From contig NC_057718.1 in the NCBI RefSeq assembly GCF_004010195.1, positions 90,284,933 to 90,348,932 on the forward strand: a DNA stretch of 64,000 nt, written 5' to 3'. The notes below the pieces were generated by a model that searched no databases, was not told the origin of the DNA, and saw only the letters and a program-made list of their open reading frames with translations. The stretch comes from Chiloscyllium plagiosum. Taxonomy: Eukaryota. Every line of letters begins with the position of its first letter. The stretch's first letter is position 1. A program made the translations under genes and the position numbers. Below, in pieces: positions 61,887 through 64,000 of the stretch.

Positions 61887-62505
61887 TAGAGTCAGAGAGA
61901 TGTACAGCATGGAAACAGACCCTTTGGTCCATGCCGACCAGATATCCCAACCCAATCTAGTCCCACCTGCCACCACCCGGCCCATTTCCCTCCAAATCCT
62001 TCCTATTCATATACCCATCCAAATGCCTCTTAAATGTTGCAATTGTACCAGCCTCCACCACATCCTCTGGCTGGTCATTCTATACACGTACCACCTTCTG
62101 CGTGAAAAGTTTGCCCCTTAGGTCTCTTTTATATCTTTCCCCTCTCACCCTAAACCTATGCCCTCTAGTTCTGGACTCCCTGACCTCAGGGAAAACACTT
62201 TGTCTATTTATCCTAACCATGCCCCTCATAATTTTGTAAACCTCTATAAGGTCACCCCTCAGCCTCCGACGCTCCAGGGAAAACAGCCCCAGCCTGTTCA
62301 GCCTCTCCCTATACCTCAAATCCTCCAACCCTGGCAACATCCTTGTAAATCTTTTCTGAACCCTTTCAAGTTTCACAACATCTTTCCGATAGGAAGGAGA
62401 CCAGAACTGCACGCAATATTCCAACAGTGGCCTAACCAATGTCCTGTACAGTCCCAACGTGACCACCCAACTCCTGTACTCAATACTCTGACCAATAAAG
62501 GAAAG
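61887..62505 (-). mobile_element. CR1-clade LINE 3' fragment (young, same subfamily as 23793-24547)
   Basis: ORF 62080-62511(-): LYRTLVRPLLEYCVQFWSPSYRKDVVKLERVQKRFTRMLPGLE. Confidence 0.93.
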
Positions 62506-62876
62506 TTTCACAACGGATTTGGTAGAGATAATAAGGTTACAGCTTGAGGTGAGTTAATAATCTTTTAACTGAATTAAATACTGATGGCATTTACTCCAAA
62601 TTAATCAATTTTTCATTTCTAACTGCATTAGGTTTTAAATAGGGTTATAAATGTTGTGATTTAATAATACTTGTGACATTACATCAAAAATAATTCTGCA
62701 TTCCTCAATAACACATTCTTTAATTGAATATCAGAATTGATTTGATGTCATTGTTCTAATTTTCTAATGTATTGTTCTAATTTTTAAAAAATCTGTAAAA
62801 CAAAATAATTATTAAAACAAAGAAACCTCAAGGTTTGTGATTTTCATCAAAAAAAACTGACTACTAATAAATACAC

Positions 62877-63071
62877 ATGATGTGGGGATGCTGGTGTTGC
62901 ACTGAGGTGAACAAAATCAGAAATCACACAACACCAGGTTATAGTCCAACAGGTTTATTTGAAATCACAAACTTTTGGAGCTCTGCTCCTTCATCAGGTG
63001 AAGTGCTCTGAAAATGTGCGATTTCAAATAAACCTATTGGACTATAACCTGGTGCTGTGTGAATTCAGACT
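62877..63071. mobile_element. PLE-derived palindromic element, family B, with 12-bp TSD
   Basis: TAATAAATACAC (62865-62876) / TAATAAATGCAC (63072-63083); inverted CACCAGGTTATAGTCCAA arms. Confidence 0.75.
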
Positions 63072-64000
63072 TAATAAATGCACGGTATCTTAAATAGCCA
63101 GCTACAGTGAAGTTATTAAAAGCACGAGCAATGCAGTTACTTATAAATTAAATTTGACCTTTGTAAATCTAATCTTCTATATTTTTTCTCCATTTCATAT
63201 GTACCCTCAATATTGTTAGGTCGGATGTTCATCAAACATTAAAATATTTAAATATTTGGCTGAGTATCCTAAGACTCACATTGCAACGTTGGGGCTGCAC
63301 ATTAGCATCTGGTAATTGTCCTGTGGTTGTAAACTTCCCACTGACCGCAGAGACTCTAGCGTCCGGTCAGGACTCTCCCGATTGAACAATTCTTTATCCC
63401 TGGAGTTCTGCATTTATCCCTCTCTCCCCTTGGCTATACCAGAAGTTTAACTCATTATTAATGATTCCTTTTTGAACATTTTAGGAATGTGCAACATTAG
63501 CTAAGATTTGGTATCGTGCCTGCACCCTTCTTGTTCTGAAACTTAAAAGTGATCTGCTTGAACCTGGAACTGGCCCCTATACTAAACAAATGTTGCCCTT
63601 TTCTTTTCCACTGTTGTTTATCTCCACAGCAATCTGGTCACATGATCATTTACTAGCAGTAAGATGCTTTTCATTTTGCCAGCATTCTAGAGAAACTTCA
63701 TTCTGAGGTTAAATAGAAAACATTTTCTTATAAGAATTTTGTCAAAAGCACATGGATCCATGTCAAGGCAGTTGGACTGAAAATGATCAAAGCAGTTACT
63801 TTTCTTTCACAAGTGAGAGTATTGTACTAAACCTTATGCTCCTAAAGTTCTCTAGCGACGTAGGACTTTCGGGATTATCCACTGAACGACATTAAGGTGC
63901 CATGTACATCTGATGAATTTGGTGGTGATGGCAATCCATCACAGGAATCTTGATTGTACCTGACATATATATGAGGAATTCCTGCTGGCACCATTTCAGC

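Overview
Eukaryotic, repeat-dense, apparently non-coding window (intergenic or a large intron) with three N gaps (6716-6910, 46105-46523, 54343-54842). The repeat repertoire points to a cartilaginous fish (shark): about 20 HE1-type V-SINEs, many CR1-clade LINE fragments, a Deu-domain SINE and Penelope-like (PLE) pieces. I cannot support any intact host protein-coding exon. Recognisable ORFs are transposon fragments (CR1 APE/RT, Rex/Babar RT, PLE GIY-YIG, Gypsy integrase), SINE read-throughs or microsatellite translations. The most interesting signals are: (i) at least three families of short, often palindromic, TSD-flanked PLE-derived insertions carrying minimal hammerhead-ribozyme motifs; (ii) a LINE whose endonuclease is preceded directly by a tRNA-like head, plus a short element made of that head and the same LINE's 3' end; (iii) a decayed tRNA-Asp fused to a 5'-truncated CR1; (iv) an exact 199-bp copy of a neighbouring minisatellite inserted into a CR1; (v) a Gypsy integrase fossil split by a CR1. 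Family names come from recalled motifs, not database searches. Element boundaries are approximate (about 10-30 bp) unless exact junctions are quoted.
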